IMG/VR virus record: IMGVR_UViG_2802429245_000005
Source: a virus
Lineage: Duplodnaviria; Heunggongvirae; Uroviricota; Caudoviricetes
Reading direction: 5' to 3' (one strand)
Length of the DNA: 41,556 bases
Of this stretch, positions 8,028 through 17,179 are shown piece after piece. A model generated the notes under the pieces. That model was not told the DNA's origin and did not search any database. It worked only from the letters and a program-made list of their open reading frames with translations. How positions within the stretch are numbered: position 1 is the stretch's first letter; the number at the start of each line of letters is the position of its first letter. The position numbers and the translations under genes were made by a program.

Positions 8028-8723
8028 ATGACAGCTACAAAAAGCACGTCCATTTTTTCTTTCGAATCCCAAGCCGATATACGGGTAATCGTCATTAATG
8101 GTGAGCCATGGTTTATCGCTTCAGATGTTTGTCGGGCTATAGGCATAGCAAACCATCGAGATGCTGTTCGAAAACTTGATGATGATGAGAAGGGCGTCGC
8201 TTCAACCGACACCCCTGGCGGTGAGCAAGAATCGATCATTATCTCCGAGTCAGGCCTCTACACACTGATCCTCCGCTGCCGCGATGCGGTGACACCAGGC
8301 ACTATCCCCTACCGCTTTCGTAAATGGGTTACAGGTGAGGTTCTTCCTCAGATCCGCCGCACCGGAAGTTACATTAAAAACTCGCTCCCGCAGGAAGAAC
8401 GCATAAAGATGGTTGCCGACCAGGTTGCCAACGCCACGGCGTCAGCAGTAATGCAGGCGATGAAGATAGAGAACAAAACCTACAGCGCCCCGCTGAAGCC
8501 AGGATACCGCAGTCTGATTCACTCGCCGTCTGGTGTTCTCGGCCTGACGGAGAACTCACTGCTGATGAATCTGCTGAACCAGTTACAGGAAGACGGGCAT
8601 GATGTATCGGGCGCGGCGGCGGAGCTGACCACCATGTTCTGCTACATCGTCGGTGTGAGTAAATGCCTGCGTGATATCCAGACGCATGCGGAGTACATCA
8701 ACGACAAGGCTGGGTTCTTCTGA
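8028..8723 (+). CDS. Antirepressor, BRO-N (Ant-type) N-terminal domain plus C-terminal domain
   Basis: N-terminus FSFESQADIRVIVINGEPWFIASDVCRAIGIANHRDAVRKLDDDEKG matches the Bro-N fold signature. RBS AAGG before ATG at 8028. Confidence 0.8.
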   Translation: MTATKSTSIFSFESQADIRVIVINGEPWFIASDVCRAIGIANHRDAVRKLDDDEKGVASTDTPGGEQESIIISESGLYTLILRCRDAVTPGTIPYRFRKWVTGEVLPQIRRTGSYIKNSLPQEERIKMVADQVANATASAVMQAMKIENKTYSAPLKPGYRSLIHSPSGVLGLTENSLLMNLLNQLQEDGHDVSGAAAELTTMFCYIVGVSKCLRDIQTHAEYINDKAGFF

Positions 8724-8789
8724 CGGGCGGCGGCACAGGGATGTGCCTTTAAAATAATCATTGGCGATGTGATGTAGATTCGCGTAATA

Positions 8790-8804
8790 TTACCTTAAAG
8801 GTAA
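8790..8804. promoter_or_regulatory. Palindromic operator-like site TTACCTTAAAGGTAA
   Basis: Exact motif immediately after a -10-like TAATAT (8785-8790) and 27 nt before ATG 8831. Confidence 0.6.
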
Positions 8805-8830
8805 ACCATGTGTTTACATGAGGAGGAGAT

Positions 8831-9040
8831 ATGGGATTTTGGTTCGCTCGTACAAAAACGAGGGATAATGCACCCAGCCCTCAGGCAAAAAATGCAGAAG
8901 TTCCGGCGTCAGCGCAGGTTAACAAGCGTGGTGGAGTATATATCTCATCACAGCAAATTTCTGAGCTTCCTGAGGTTAAGGAGATGCGTCGTCTCGCTGC
9001 TGCAATTGTTAAACAGGATCTTGCCACTGTAAGGAAGTAG
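8831..9040 (+). CDS. Small hydrophilic protein, first gene of an operator-controlled accessory cassette
   Basis: Strong RBS GAGGAGGAG before ATG at 8831. Operator motif at 8790-8804. Stop TAG overlaps the GTG of the next ORF. Confidence 0.55.
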   Translation: MGFWFARTKTRDNAPSPQAKNAEVPASAQVNKRGGVYISSQQISELPEVKEMRRLAAAIVKQDLATVRK

Positions 9041-9906
9041 TGTTGCTAGCTCTTCTAATTATCCCAATCCTGGTTAGCGGTTATATTATGATAACCGCTA
9101 ACCAGTATCATTATTTCCGTTTATACCGACACGAAGGCCAGCTTCTTTATATGAAAGTAGCGGCACTAGGTACATATTGCCTTGTTGCATCAGTAATAAT
9201 TGCAGCCGCTATAAAATATAAATGGCCTGATTTTCACCTAGTTCACGATATGGTGGAAACTTTTAATGTAACATCAAAACCAGAAACAGATAGAATTTAC
9301 ATGTGGCTGCTTCTTCTCTCAGCCACATCCATTTGCTTCTCTTTGTGTTATGTGTCTGTTGTGTGGGTGAAAGATTTTCTTCTTGGTTGTTTTTATAAAC
9401 GTGATATTTACGAGCAAAAAACAGAGGCAATGAAGGCCAGAGTACTGCGAAAAACTTACTCGCAGGGTTCTTTAGACTTACTATTGCTTGATGCTATTGA
9501 ATCGGATCCTAAACGACCAATGCTGATTACTTTATCATCAAACAAAGTGTATGTTGGAATAATAAATGGTTCTGGTGAACCAACGGAAAATCAGGGTCCG
9601 CATCAGCACATATCTTTTGTTCCTTTAATGTCAGGATACAGGAACAAAGAAAACTTATCTGTCACATTCACTAATGCTTATCCAGGAGAAATACAGGTCA
9701 AGCGGACTGCAGCAATAAGAGGAATTAGCAGAAAGAAAGTGCCAGGACTTGAGATCATGGTGTCTATTGACGAAATAAGTTATATATCATGGTTTGATTT
9801 TGAAGTATATAAAGCAACAAATAACAAAGTAGAATCCAGGGGGCACGTTATTCGTGTTACCAAAAATGGAAGAAATATATATCAAAGAAATAGCAAAAAA
9901 GAATAG
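9040..9906 (+). CDS. AT-rich integral membrane protein (three N-terminal TM helices plus soluble C-terminal domain); accessory gene
   Basis: 288 aa ORF. GTG at 9040 is coupled to the upstream stop; alternative ATG at 9088 lies in the loop of an 11-bp inverted repeat. AT-rich by eye. Intrinsic terminator directly after the stop. Confidence 0.6.
   Translation: MLLALLIIPILVSGYIMITANQYHYFRLYRHEGQLLYMKVAALGTYCLVASVIIAAAIKYKWPDFHLVHDMVETFNVTSKPETDRIYMWLLLLSATSICFSLCYVSVVWVKDFLLGCFYKRDIYEQKTEAMKARVLRKTYSQGSLDLLLLDAIESDPKRPMLITLSSNKVYVGIINGSGEPTENQGPHQHISFVPLMSGYRNKENLSVTFTNAYPGEIQVKRTAAIRGISRKKVPGLEIMVSIDEISYISWFDFEVYKATNNKVESRGHVIRVTKNGRNIYQRNSKKE
9074..9101 (+). other. 11-bp perfect inverted repeat around a candidate start codon
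   Basis: TTAGCGGTTAT-ATTATG-ATAACCGCTAA; the ATG at 9088-9090 is in the loop. Confidence 0.5.
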
Positions 9907-9927
9907 CCCGCGCCGCGGGCTTTTTTG
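9907..9927 (+). terminator. Rho-independent terminator after the accessory membrane-protein gene
   Basis: CCCGCG/CGCGGG stem followed by TTTTTT, immediately after stop TAG at 9904-9906. Confidence 0.7.
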
Positions 9928-9998
9928 TGGACGAAACAAAAGTCAGTGCTACACTCATTGACGCCACATTGAGATGGCTTATAGATGGAAATTTCACA

Positions 9999-10160
9999 AT
10001 GAAAAAAGCATTTGCTGCACTGTTCGTTTTGTTGTCTCTGGTAGCTTCAACTCAGGCCTTTGCCGGTCGTTGTCAGCACGACAGCGATACTGCTGCTGAC
10101 GGCTCCCGCTGCGGTGGGCGTTCTGCGGATTCCCGCCCGGGCGGCGGTGGCATCCGTTAA
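9999..10160 (+). CDS. Small secreted Cys-containing peptide (signal peptide plus about 31-aa mature part)
   Basis: Internal ATG at 9999 gives MKKAFAALFVLLSLVASTQAFA followed by GRCQHDSDTAADGSRCGGRSADSRPGGGGIR. RBS is weak. Confidence 0.35.
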   Translation: MKKAFAALFVLLSLVASTQAFAGRCQHDSDTAADGSRCGGRSADSRPGGGGIR

Positions 10161-10189
10161 AAACAAGGCCGCGAAAGCGTCCTGTTTGA

Positions 10190-11041
10190 TCACTGTGCAG
10201 TTTTCGCTGATCGATTTTCAGCTCTAAATTCAAGAACCGTTTCAATATTTCTTTCCTTCAGCATATCAATAACATTTTTATTCATTTGACTATCACTGGT
10301 TAATAACTGGTAAACGTTGCTTCTCTCTTTATCAGAGTTTTCTTTAACAGCTGCTTTGCATGCCAAATGCTTATTGAAATTTTCTACATCGCTAGTACAG
10401 GAATTTACGGCTGCTGATGAAATATCAGACGCTGAAGAAACACCATCATCCAAACGTTTTATAGCATTTTCTATACATGAGTTAAGGGAATAAACGACAA
10501 CTGAGCGATACCCTTCAGACGCACACCATTCTAAATTTCTTGAAGGATCGAGTGGTTTTACTTCGCTGGATTGAATTAACTTGTCAAAAACTGACTTATA
10601 TTCAATCTGTTTTTTATCTATAGCCCATACTTCAGTAGCTGATTTATAATTCCCCGTATGCCTATTAACATCAAATCCATGTTTTATAAGCAAATCTGCC
10701 CATGAAAGATTTATTGATTCATTGTTATGAGGCCATTTTCCTGTCAGAACCGCCCCCATAGACCCCATATATCCGCCATATGATGGTATAGCACCATGGC
10801 TCAGTAACTTCTCAGCAACCACAGGGCAATTAATTACATAAGAGGCGTAAAGCCCATTCCATAAAGCCCCTCTATAGTAATCGCCACGATTAGGTTCTTT
10901 TAAGTCGATAGCCTTTGATAATTGTTCACACGTTTTGCATGCATCAAAGTTATCCTTATTGCATTGCAATGAACTGGCAGCTGTAGGATTTACAGAGACT
11001 ATTGAAAGCACTATGCCAAAAAACAAATTTATTTTTTTCAT
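10190..11041 (-). CDS. AT-rich secreted/periplasmic protein of unknown function
   Basis: N-terminal signal peptide MKKINLFFGIVLSIVSVNPTAAS. Start codon sits 1 nt after the stop of the upstream 1129-aa virion protein gene. AT-rich by eye. Confidence 0.6.
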   Translation of the reverse strand: MKKINLFFGIVLSIVSVNPTAASSLQCNKDNFDACKTCEQLSKAIDLKEPNRGDYYRGALWNGLYASYVINCPVVAEKLLSHGAIPSYGGYMGSMGAVLTGKWPHNNESINLSWADLLIKHGFDVNRHTGNYKSATEVWAIDKKQIEYKSVFDKLIQSSEVKPLDPSRNLEWCASEGYRSVVVYSLNSCIENAIKRLDDGVSSASDISSAAVNSCTSDVENFNKHLACKAAVKENSDKERSNVYQLLTSDSQMNKNVIDMLKERNIETVLEFRAENRSAKTAQ

Positions 11042-11042
11042 C

Positions 11043-14000
11043 CTATTTCATCTGCTCTTCAACTTTATTTAGTAATGGTGATATCGCCCACAGATTCTGA
11101 AAAGGTAGCATTTTACGGACAGCGTGGGTTTGCTGGCTGTCAAATTCTCCGTTAAGTACACCATTTGCAACCGTCGCGGCATCACCGCCAAGATCAAAGG
11201 TAGGACCAAGTAAAGCACCAATAGCATTACGACTCTGAAACCTTGATACCGGAGGCGCACCAAACATCGCGCCAAGACCAAACCTACCGCCGCTTATGTT
11301 CTCAACGGTATTCAGCGGCTCAGAGAGCCAGCCAAGCATTCCGCCCCGGTCGATCCCCTCTTTCACAAGGTTATTCCAGCTGTAGTCAATATCGCGACCG
11401 CTTAACTTCTGTTTCATCATATAGACCATTGAGCCAAGCGCAATCGTGCCAAGCGCACCAAGATAGAATGCAGCATCGCCCTGCTGGATACCAGATACCA
11501 GCACCCTGTTATGCTGTGCGAAGATAAACGTTTTAAACTGCGTGATCATCTTCCAGCCTTCTTTACTAAAAAACAGCGGGGTATCACCTACGCCAGGCGT
11601 TACAATCACTGAGTCTACATCTTTCAGCACTGCAGACTGGAAAATCTCTCTAGCGAAACGGTCATCCCACAGATGACTATGCCCGGTTAACAGCCCGTCC
11701 ATATCCTCTCCGTGCTTCCCGAATTGCTCCCCGATTCGGCGCAGAACATCTTCATTGATGCCGACCTGTGCCATCTTCCGCATTTCACTTTTGGAGAGCG
11801 TGCCACCAGCAGAAACTTTGCGAGCCGCGTCAAGTATCCTCGACTGCACTATCATCCCGGACCATGATTTAAGTGCGCTGTTCCACTGATTCATCAGCGT
11901 CCAGTTACCGAATTTCTGCGTCATCCAGTTCAGACCTCGCTCAGCGGCGCTTCTCCGGCTATAGGGGTCAGTAAGATCCGCTATAGCCTTTGTACGCGTA
12001 GACAGGACATAATCAAGCCCAACGGCCATTTCTCGCAAATCCCTGGTTGCAATTTTCACTGAGTCCATATTTTTAAGCATGCTTACCATTGGTCCGAGAG
12101 ATTTTCTCAGGCCATGCTGCATCATCGGTCGCATCAGATCAGTTGCAGCGGAGACAGTCATTCCACCAAGCAAACGGAGGAAGTTAATATTCCTAGCAAC
12201 TCGCCCGGCACGAACAAAGAAACTGCGTGGATCTTGAGGTGCACCGTAAGTACCAAGCAGTCGATCACGCATAGCCGTAATATCCCTAATATCAGCCTCC
12301 CGTTGCTTCTCAAGAACTGCACGTCGTTTAGGTGTTTTAGCCTCTTTTATTAGCCGGGTATATTCCTCACTAACCTGACGGATTTGCTCCCCCATATCTT
12401 TACGGCCAAACTGCGCAGTCAGCTCAATTTCTGGTGCCACCTGCCGGAGATAACTTTCCATGATGTAGTTAACATCTGATTCAAGAAAATCTTCTATACG
12501 CTCATCAGGAATAAGCAGCGTTCTGCTTTTAGTGAAACCAGCCCGACCAACGAGTCTCTCTGGGATAATATCGGCTGGTACAAGCCCGGAAGGTGCGCCT
12601 ATTATTTTATTCACGATCTCGTCAGCAGCGTCCTCTGCTTCCTCTCGGGATAGAGGCTCCATCTGCTTCAGTGCTCGTTCGCGGCTTGCATTCAGCCTTG
12701 TGGTTGAATTTGCCCGTTTTTGCAGTCGGCGAAGCTCAGAACGATATTTCCGTGGATTATCCAGCAACTCCATATGGCGCTGATAGACAGGAAGCTCACT
12801 CTTTGCCTGCGCTATATCATCAAGGCGTGTTTTAAGGTCAGAGCTTTCTTTCATCATTCTTGCCTGAAGTTTTTCTGATGAAGTCTCGGCCAACTCTTTT
12901 TCTATTCTTGTAAGACGCGCCTGTGTGTCAGTCTCCTGAGATATAAGCTTATTTCGTTTATCCAGTTCTTCCATGAGTAGAATTTTTTTACCAGACCATT
13001 TCTCCGCTTCAGCGATTTCACTAGCGAGAGCATCAGCGCGCGGTGCCGATTCCTCTGCAGTTTTTAGCAATGAATTTATCCTTTCAATTCGCTGACCTGC
13101 TTTGTCAGCACCTTTGGCACTAATCCCTTGTATCCAGTTGGCAATTCGCCCTCTGAATTCAGTGCGGTCGGAAAGTATCTTATCGAACTTATAAATGCGG
13201 GGAAGATAACTTTTCGCCGTCACGACATCGATATCTTCAGGAAGGATCCCCAGTTCCTGCATACGGGCTTTTGTGGTCTCGAAAATGGGGCGGATTCTGG
13301 CGGCTGCTTGTGAAACCTCAGGAATATCACTCTGATCACCACGGCGCATAGCCATGCCAACAGCTTCATTGAAATCAATAAAGTTCATCCTCTTCACGCC
13401 GCGGGCGCTAACAGATTTGCTGTACTGCTGGTAAGCATCACGAGTAGCTTCCATCTGCTTATAAAGCATGGCGTCGTATTGCTTAATCTTAGTCTCGACT
13501 GCTGTAAACGTAGCCAACCCCTCATCATTTTTGGCGAAGAAATAGTTATTTTCGGCAAGCTGCTGGTTAATCTGACGGGAGACAAGAGATGGTGATTGCG
13601 CCAAGCGGCCAGCAGGAGTGACACTCAACGTTTTGTTAGCAAGTCCAAGTCCAGCGAGCTGTTCCTGATCGAGTGTGGTATTGAAAACCTGAGCTGCACC
13701 AATGCTTTGAGGAGAATCCATACCTCGCAAATGATTACCTACTGAGTTAACCACTGCCTCGCGCGCGCCAGGTCCAGCAAGTAGCTGTGCACCAGCACCA
13801 AGAATCCCACCAACGAGAGCATCAACAACAACGTTCGATACGCTCTCCATCGGTGAGCGAGCTTCCTGAGTGGCCTGTAATGCGGCCTCTGAAGCAACAC
13901 TGCCAGCAGCATTCGCCATGGCAAAACGCCCGGCTGTTTCTGCAATACGACCGCCACGAACGACAGCGCCGAACGGAATAAACATAGAAATCGCATTGAA

Positions 14001-14432
14001 TGGATCTGCTAATCTCATTGCTACAGAAGAGACTGTACCAGCAAATCCCAAGCCTGAATTGTATTCCATGTCAGCTCTCTGCTGATCGATTCGATGTTTA
14101 ATTGCCATTGTTTCTTCAGGCGAACCGGAGTTGATAAACGAATCTGCAAAATCTTCATAGCCTTTAATATCTGCTGCATCGTTATCAAATGGGTTATATC
14201 CTTCAACCCTGTCAAACTGACTGAAAGGAGCACTGGCAATAAAGCTACCCAGCGTGTTATCTATACGAAATGCTGCTTGTCTAGACCTTTGAACGCGTTG
14301 ATCACTGGTAAATGGGTTCACAGCAGAAAGCAAAGAAGGTGTTTCCATATAGAAATTACTGTCATCAGGTGCTGCTATTTGCTGAATATCCTCGCCAAGC
14401 AACTCTTTAGGATCCTGTTCATATATCGGCAT
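11043..14432 (-). CDS. Large internal virion (ejection/injection) protein with long charged coiled-coil region
   Basis: 1129 aa, in the late structural operon. Glu/Lys/Arg-rich coiled-coil central segment. Start overlaps the stop of the upstream gene. Confidence 0.75.
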   Translation of the reverse strand: MPIYEQDPKELLGEDIQQIAAPDDSNFYMETPSLLSAVNPFTSDQRVQRSRQAAFRIDNTLGSFIASAPFSQFDRVEGYNPFDNDAADIKGYEDFADSFINSGSPEETMAIKHRIDQQRADMEYNSGLGFAGTVSSVAMRLADPFNAISMFIPFGAVVRGGRIAETAGRFAMANAAGSVASEAALQATQEARSPMESVSNVVVDALVGGILGAGAQLLAGPGAREAVVNSVGNHLRGMDSPQSIGAAQVFNTTLDQEQLAGLGLANKTLSVTPAGRLAQSPSLVSRQINQQLAENNYFFAKNDEGLATFTAVETKIKQYDAMLYKQMEATRDAYQQYSKSVSARGVKRMNFIDFNEAVGMAMRRGDQSDIPEVSQAAARIRPIFETTKARMQELGILPEDIDVVTAKSYLPRIYKFDKILSDRTEFRGRIANWIQGISAKGADKAGQRIERINSLLKTAEESAPRADALASEIAEAEKWSGKKILLMEELDKRNKLISQETDTQARLTRIEKELAETSSEKLQARMMKESSDLKTRLDDIAQAKSELPVYQRHMELLDNPRKYRSELRRLQKRANSTTRLNASRERALKQMEPLSREEAEDAADEIVNKIIGAPSGLVPADIIPERLVGRAGFTKSRTLLIPDERIEDFLESDVNYIMESYLRQVAPEIELTAQFGRKDMGEQIRQVSEEYTRLIKEAKTPKRRAVLEKQREADIRDITAMRDRLLGTYGAPQDPRSFFVRAGRVARNINFLRLLGGMTVSAATDLMRPMMQHGLRKSLGPMVSMLKNMDSVKIATRDLREMAVGLDYVLSTRTKAIADLTDPYSRRSAAERGLNWMTQKFGNWTLMNQWNSALKSWSGMIVQSRILDAARKVSAGGTLSKSEMRKMAQVGINEDVLRRIGEQFGKHGEDMDGLLTGHSHLWDDRFAREIFQSAVLKDVDSVIVTPGVGDTPLFFSKEGWKMITQFKTFIFAQHNRVLVSGIQQGDAAFYLGALGTIALGSMVYMMKQKLSGRDIDYSWNNLVKEGIDRGGMLGWLSEPLNTVENISGGRFGLGAMFGAPPVSRFQSRNAIGALLGPTFDLGGDAATVANGVLNGEFDSQQTHAVRKMLPFQNLWAISPLLNKVEEQMK

Positions 14433-17179
14433 TATTTGCCCCCTGCGTATATATTGCTCGGAAGGTAATTGGCTGAACCATAACCGAATGGTTTGGTCAG
14501 ATCTGGAGGAGTATATCCATCTTTATTGCTGAACTGCGGCAGCGGATTGCCTTCTCTCCGCACTCTAGCCTCATCAACACGCTGTTGCTGGAACTGAATG
14601 GTTTGCCTGTACATTGGAGATGTCAGCTGATCCGGCTTGAAACGAACAGGGAGACCATTTTCTCCAATATAATTTCTCGGTTCTATCGCTCCGTTTGCGT
14701 CAGGCTGTAAAACCATAACAGCATAACTCCTATCCCTTGCCGTAAGGCCATCAGAAACAAGTATTAAGTCCGTATCACTGCGAGGACCGCCAAAGGATTT
14801 TGATTTAAGCTCGCGTTTTTCCTGCTCCCACTGCCCCTGTATCCAGTTACCAGCACCATTATTTACTCCGTACAATGCCTCAGGTGCATACTTCATAACC
14901 TCTGCTTTGCCATTAACCGTAGAAACTCCCCAGGTGGTTCTGATCATGGCATTGGTCATTTTCTCAGCCTGTTCTGCATCGCCACCTGTCTGTACAAAGT
15001 TAGCATCGTAAATTGTCTGGTAATCTCGCTGATAGGCCGCATTTGATTTTCCTGGATCGGTAATATCCGGAGACCACGAACCAAAGGAAGTCAGACTGCT
15101 GGCGTTATTTTGTGCAGCAGTTGCCCTCGCCGCGACATATTTTTTGTCTCGCATGGCAGTGGAAAGCATCTGTTTCATTCGGTCATCCTGTTGGAACACC
15201 TGGCTGTAAGCCATATCAACAGCCTTATCCTCCGGCACGCCAGCGCGGGAATAATCGTAAACCTTGCCGTAAAATGCCATCGTACTTTTATCAAGTGTTG
15301 CCGCTGCCGCCGGATTATTATCGAATAACTGACCGTAGAATTTTGCCATCGGGACAACCAGCGCAGGATCTCTTGATGTTGCTCCACTGTTAAGCATTGT
15401 TTTAACCTGAGTTGGTATCATGCCGCTTTTAGTTGTGACGGTGACCAGTGTATTGATGCTCTGCGGATCAGATATGGAAAACGAAGGCGCAATATCCTGC
15501 GCGAAATAACGGTCTACCGCTGCCTGATTGTTTTTGTCGTTCGGGTCCAGCGGGAAGTTATTTTGCATTGAAGACACGAACCTGTTTCTTCCCTGCTGAA
15601 TCTCCCAATCCCTATCCATCTCTTTAAATTTGGCCTGCATTTTCTCCCAGCGTTGCTGGTTAGCTGCAAATCCAGGAGCGTTTGGATCCTGTGGACGTAA
15701 ACGTTCAAGAATGTCTTGTCGTCCTTCTGGAGTGAGGTCTTTAGCGGCACCAATGACACCTCCATATTGTATCTGCGCCTGCATATCCTTCCACTTCATA
15801 GCGCCAATGCGCGGACCATTGGCCCGGATAAAATCGTCCTCAGAAGGTAACTGCTCAGGTTTCAATCCTTCATCAAGGGCTGAATATGCATCTTTAACTA
15901 CGGTGCTAAGCTGGTCCGCATACTGCTGGCGGTACTGATTTCTCAGCTCATTAGCCTGCCTCAATGCCTGTATTTGCATTTGAGGGCTCATAGCATCAAA
16001 TGCCGCATTGCCCGTATAACGCTTAGGTGAATCAAGGTTAGTTAGACCAAGGGCTGCCGAGATACCAGTTTCAAGCTGTTCGGTGCTATAAGGCATACTG
16101 CCATTTTCGTGTTTAATAATCCCAGCAAATAAAGCAGCTAGTGTCTTTGGGTTAGAGATATCAAGCTGATCATTCTCCCCAACACCAAGCTCACCACACA
16201 ATGCCCTAATATAAGCATCAGTATTATTACCATCACTAGCCGGAGCATAGCGATTAACAATCTCGCTAACGGTGTCATAGCCTTGACGCTGGTAAGACAA
16301 CATATTTTTACCCAACGCGCGGATTCCATGCTCAGGGGTAGCAAACGTTGCAAAACGTCCATCGCTACCGATCTGACCTTCCCACGGGTTAGATTTGCTC
16401 GCTTCAATATTACCAGGGTTATTATTACGTAAACCACGAGCATCCAATGAATTACCATGTGACATTGCACGACTCACACCGTCAAGATCCCCTGGCTCTC
16501 CATTAACCTGAAGAAACTCGTTGTATTTTTGAGCGATATTTCCTATCCATGCTTGCTGCCCCATTTGTTCCTTGAGCTGAGTTTTCTGCTGAACACGCCA
16601 CTCATCAGGAAGCCCATGCGCATCAGCGTATTGATCAATAGATTCAAATCGCTGCTTGGCTAAATCGACAAATGCTTGGTTATCGCTATATAGCCCCGCA
16701 GACTGAGTGACAGCCAATGCATTTCCTGACAAATACGTTTGATCTTGGAATTGCTGAAACTGCCCAACTTCATATCGACGTGCCTGATTGTAATAAGACT
16801 GCATAGACTGCTGGAGTTGAAAGGATAATTTATTCCTTTCCTCACTTTCAGGAATTGAGCCTAATAATGCCTGAGCCCTTTCCTGCATATTTTTCATAAC
16901 AGCGTCACTCTGACCAAGAGCGTTTTTACCCTGTTTAGAAATCAGCCCATTTTCAGGGTTGTTAATCTGGTCATCTGCAAATTGGTTAAATTGCAGTAAC
17001 GCCTCCTGGGCCATAGCAACATTCGCTTTCTGCCTGGCTTCACCATATGCCACCGCATACTGATCTGCGACATTCGCCAGCACCTGACCTGCTTGAGGAA
17101 CATCGAAGGTCTGAAAACCACCGGTTTGCACACCACGACTTTGCACCTGGCGTCCGGATGTAGTAGGAACAACAGGCAT
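14432..17179 (-). CDS. Large internal virion/tail-hub protein; contains a possible cell-wall hydrolase-like segment
   Basis: 915 aa. Strong RBS AGGAGG before ATG at 17177-17179. Segment RGLRNNNPGNIE...FATFATPEHGIRALG resembles virion-associated murein hydrolase motifs (recalled pattern, unverified). Confidence 0.75.
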   Translation of the reverse strand: MPVVPTTSGRQVQSRGVQTGGFQTFDVPQAGQVLANVADQYAVAYGEARQKANVAMAQEALLQFNQFADDQINNPENGLISKQGKNALGQSDAVMKNMQERAQALLGSIPESEERNKLSFQLQQSMQSYYNQARRYEVGQFQQFQDQTYLSGNALAVTQSAGLYSDNQAFVDLAKQRFESIDQYADAHGLPDEWRVQQKTQLKEQMGQQAWIGNIAQKYNEFLQVNGEPGDLDGVSRAMSHGNSLDARGLRNNNPGNIEASKSNPWEGQIGSDGRFATFATPEHGIRALGKNMLSYQRQGYDTVSEIVNRYAPASDGNNTDAYIRALCGELGVGENDQLDISNPKTLAALFAGIIKHENGSMPYSTEQLETGISAALGLTNLDSPKRYTGNAAFDAMSPQMQIQALRQANELRNQYRQQYADQLSTVVKDAYSALDEGLKPEQLPSEDDFIRANGPRIGAMKWKDMQAQIQYGGVIGAAKDLTPEGRQDILERLRPQDPNAPGFAANQQRWEKMQAKFKEMDRDWEIQQGRNRFVSSMQNNFPLDPNDKNNQAAVDRYFAQDIAPSFSISDPQSINTLVTVTTKSGMIPTQVKTMLNSGATSRDPALVVPMAKFYGQLFDNNPAAAATLDKSTMAFYGKVYDYSRAGVPEDKAVDMAYSQVFQQDDRMKQMLSTAMRDKKYVAARATAAQNNASSLTSFGSWSPDITDPGKSNAAYQRDYQTIYDANFVQTGGDAEQAEKMTNAMIRTTWGVSTVNGKAEVMKYAPEALYGVNNGAGNWIQGQWEQEKRELKSKSFGGPRSDTDLILVSDGLTARDRSYAVMVLQPDANGAIEPRNYIGENGLPVRFKPDQLTSPMYRQTIQFQQQRVDEARVRREGNPLPQFSNKDGYTPPDLTKPFGYGSANYLPSNIYAGGK

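Noticed and set aside
15110-15393. Short plus-strand ORFs inside the 915-aa virion gene
   Set aside because: Antisense, overlapping each other, no translation signals.
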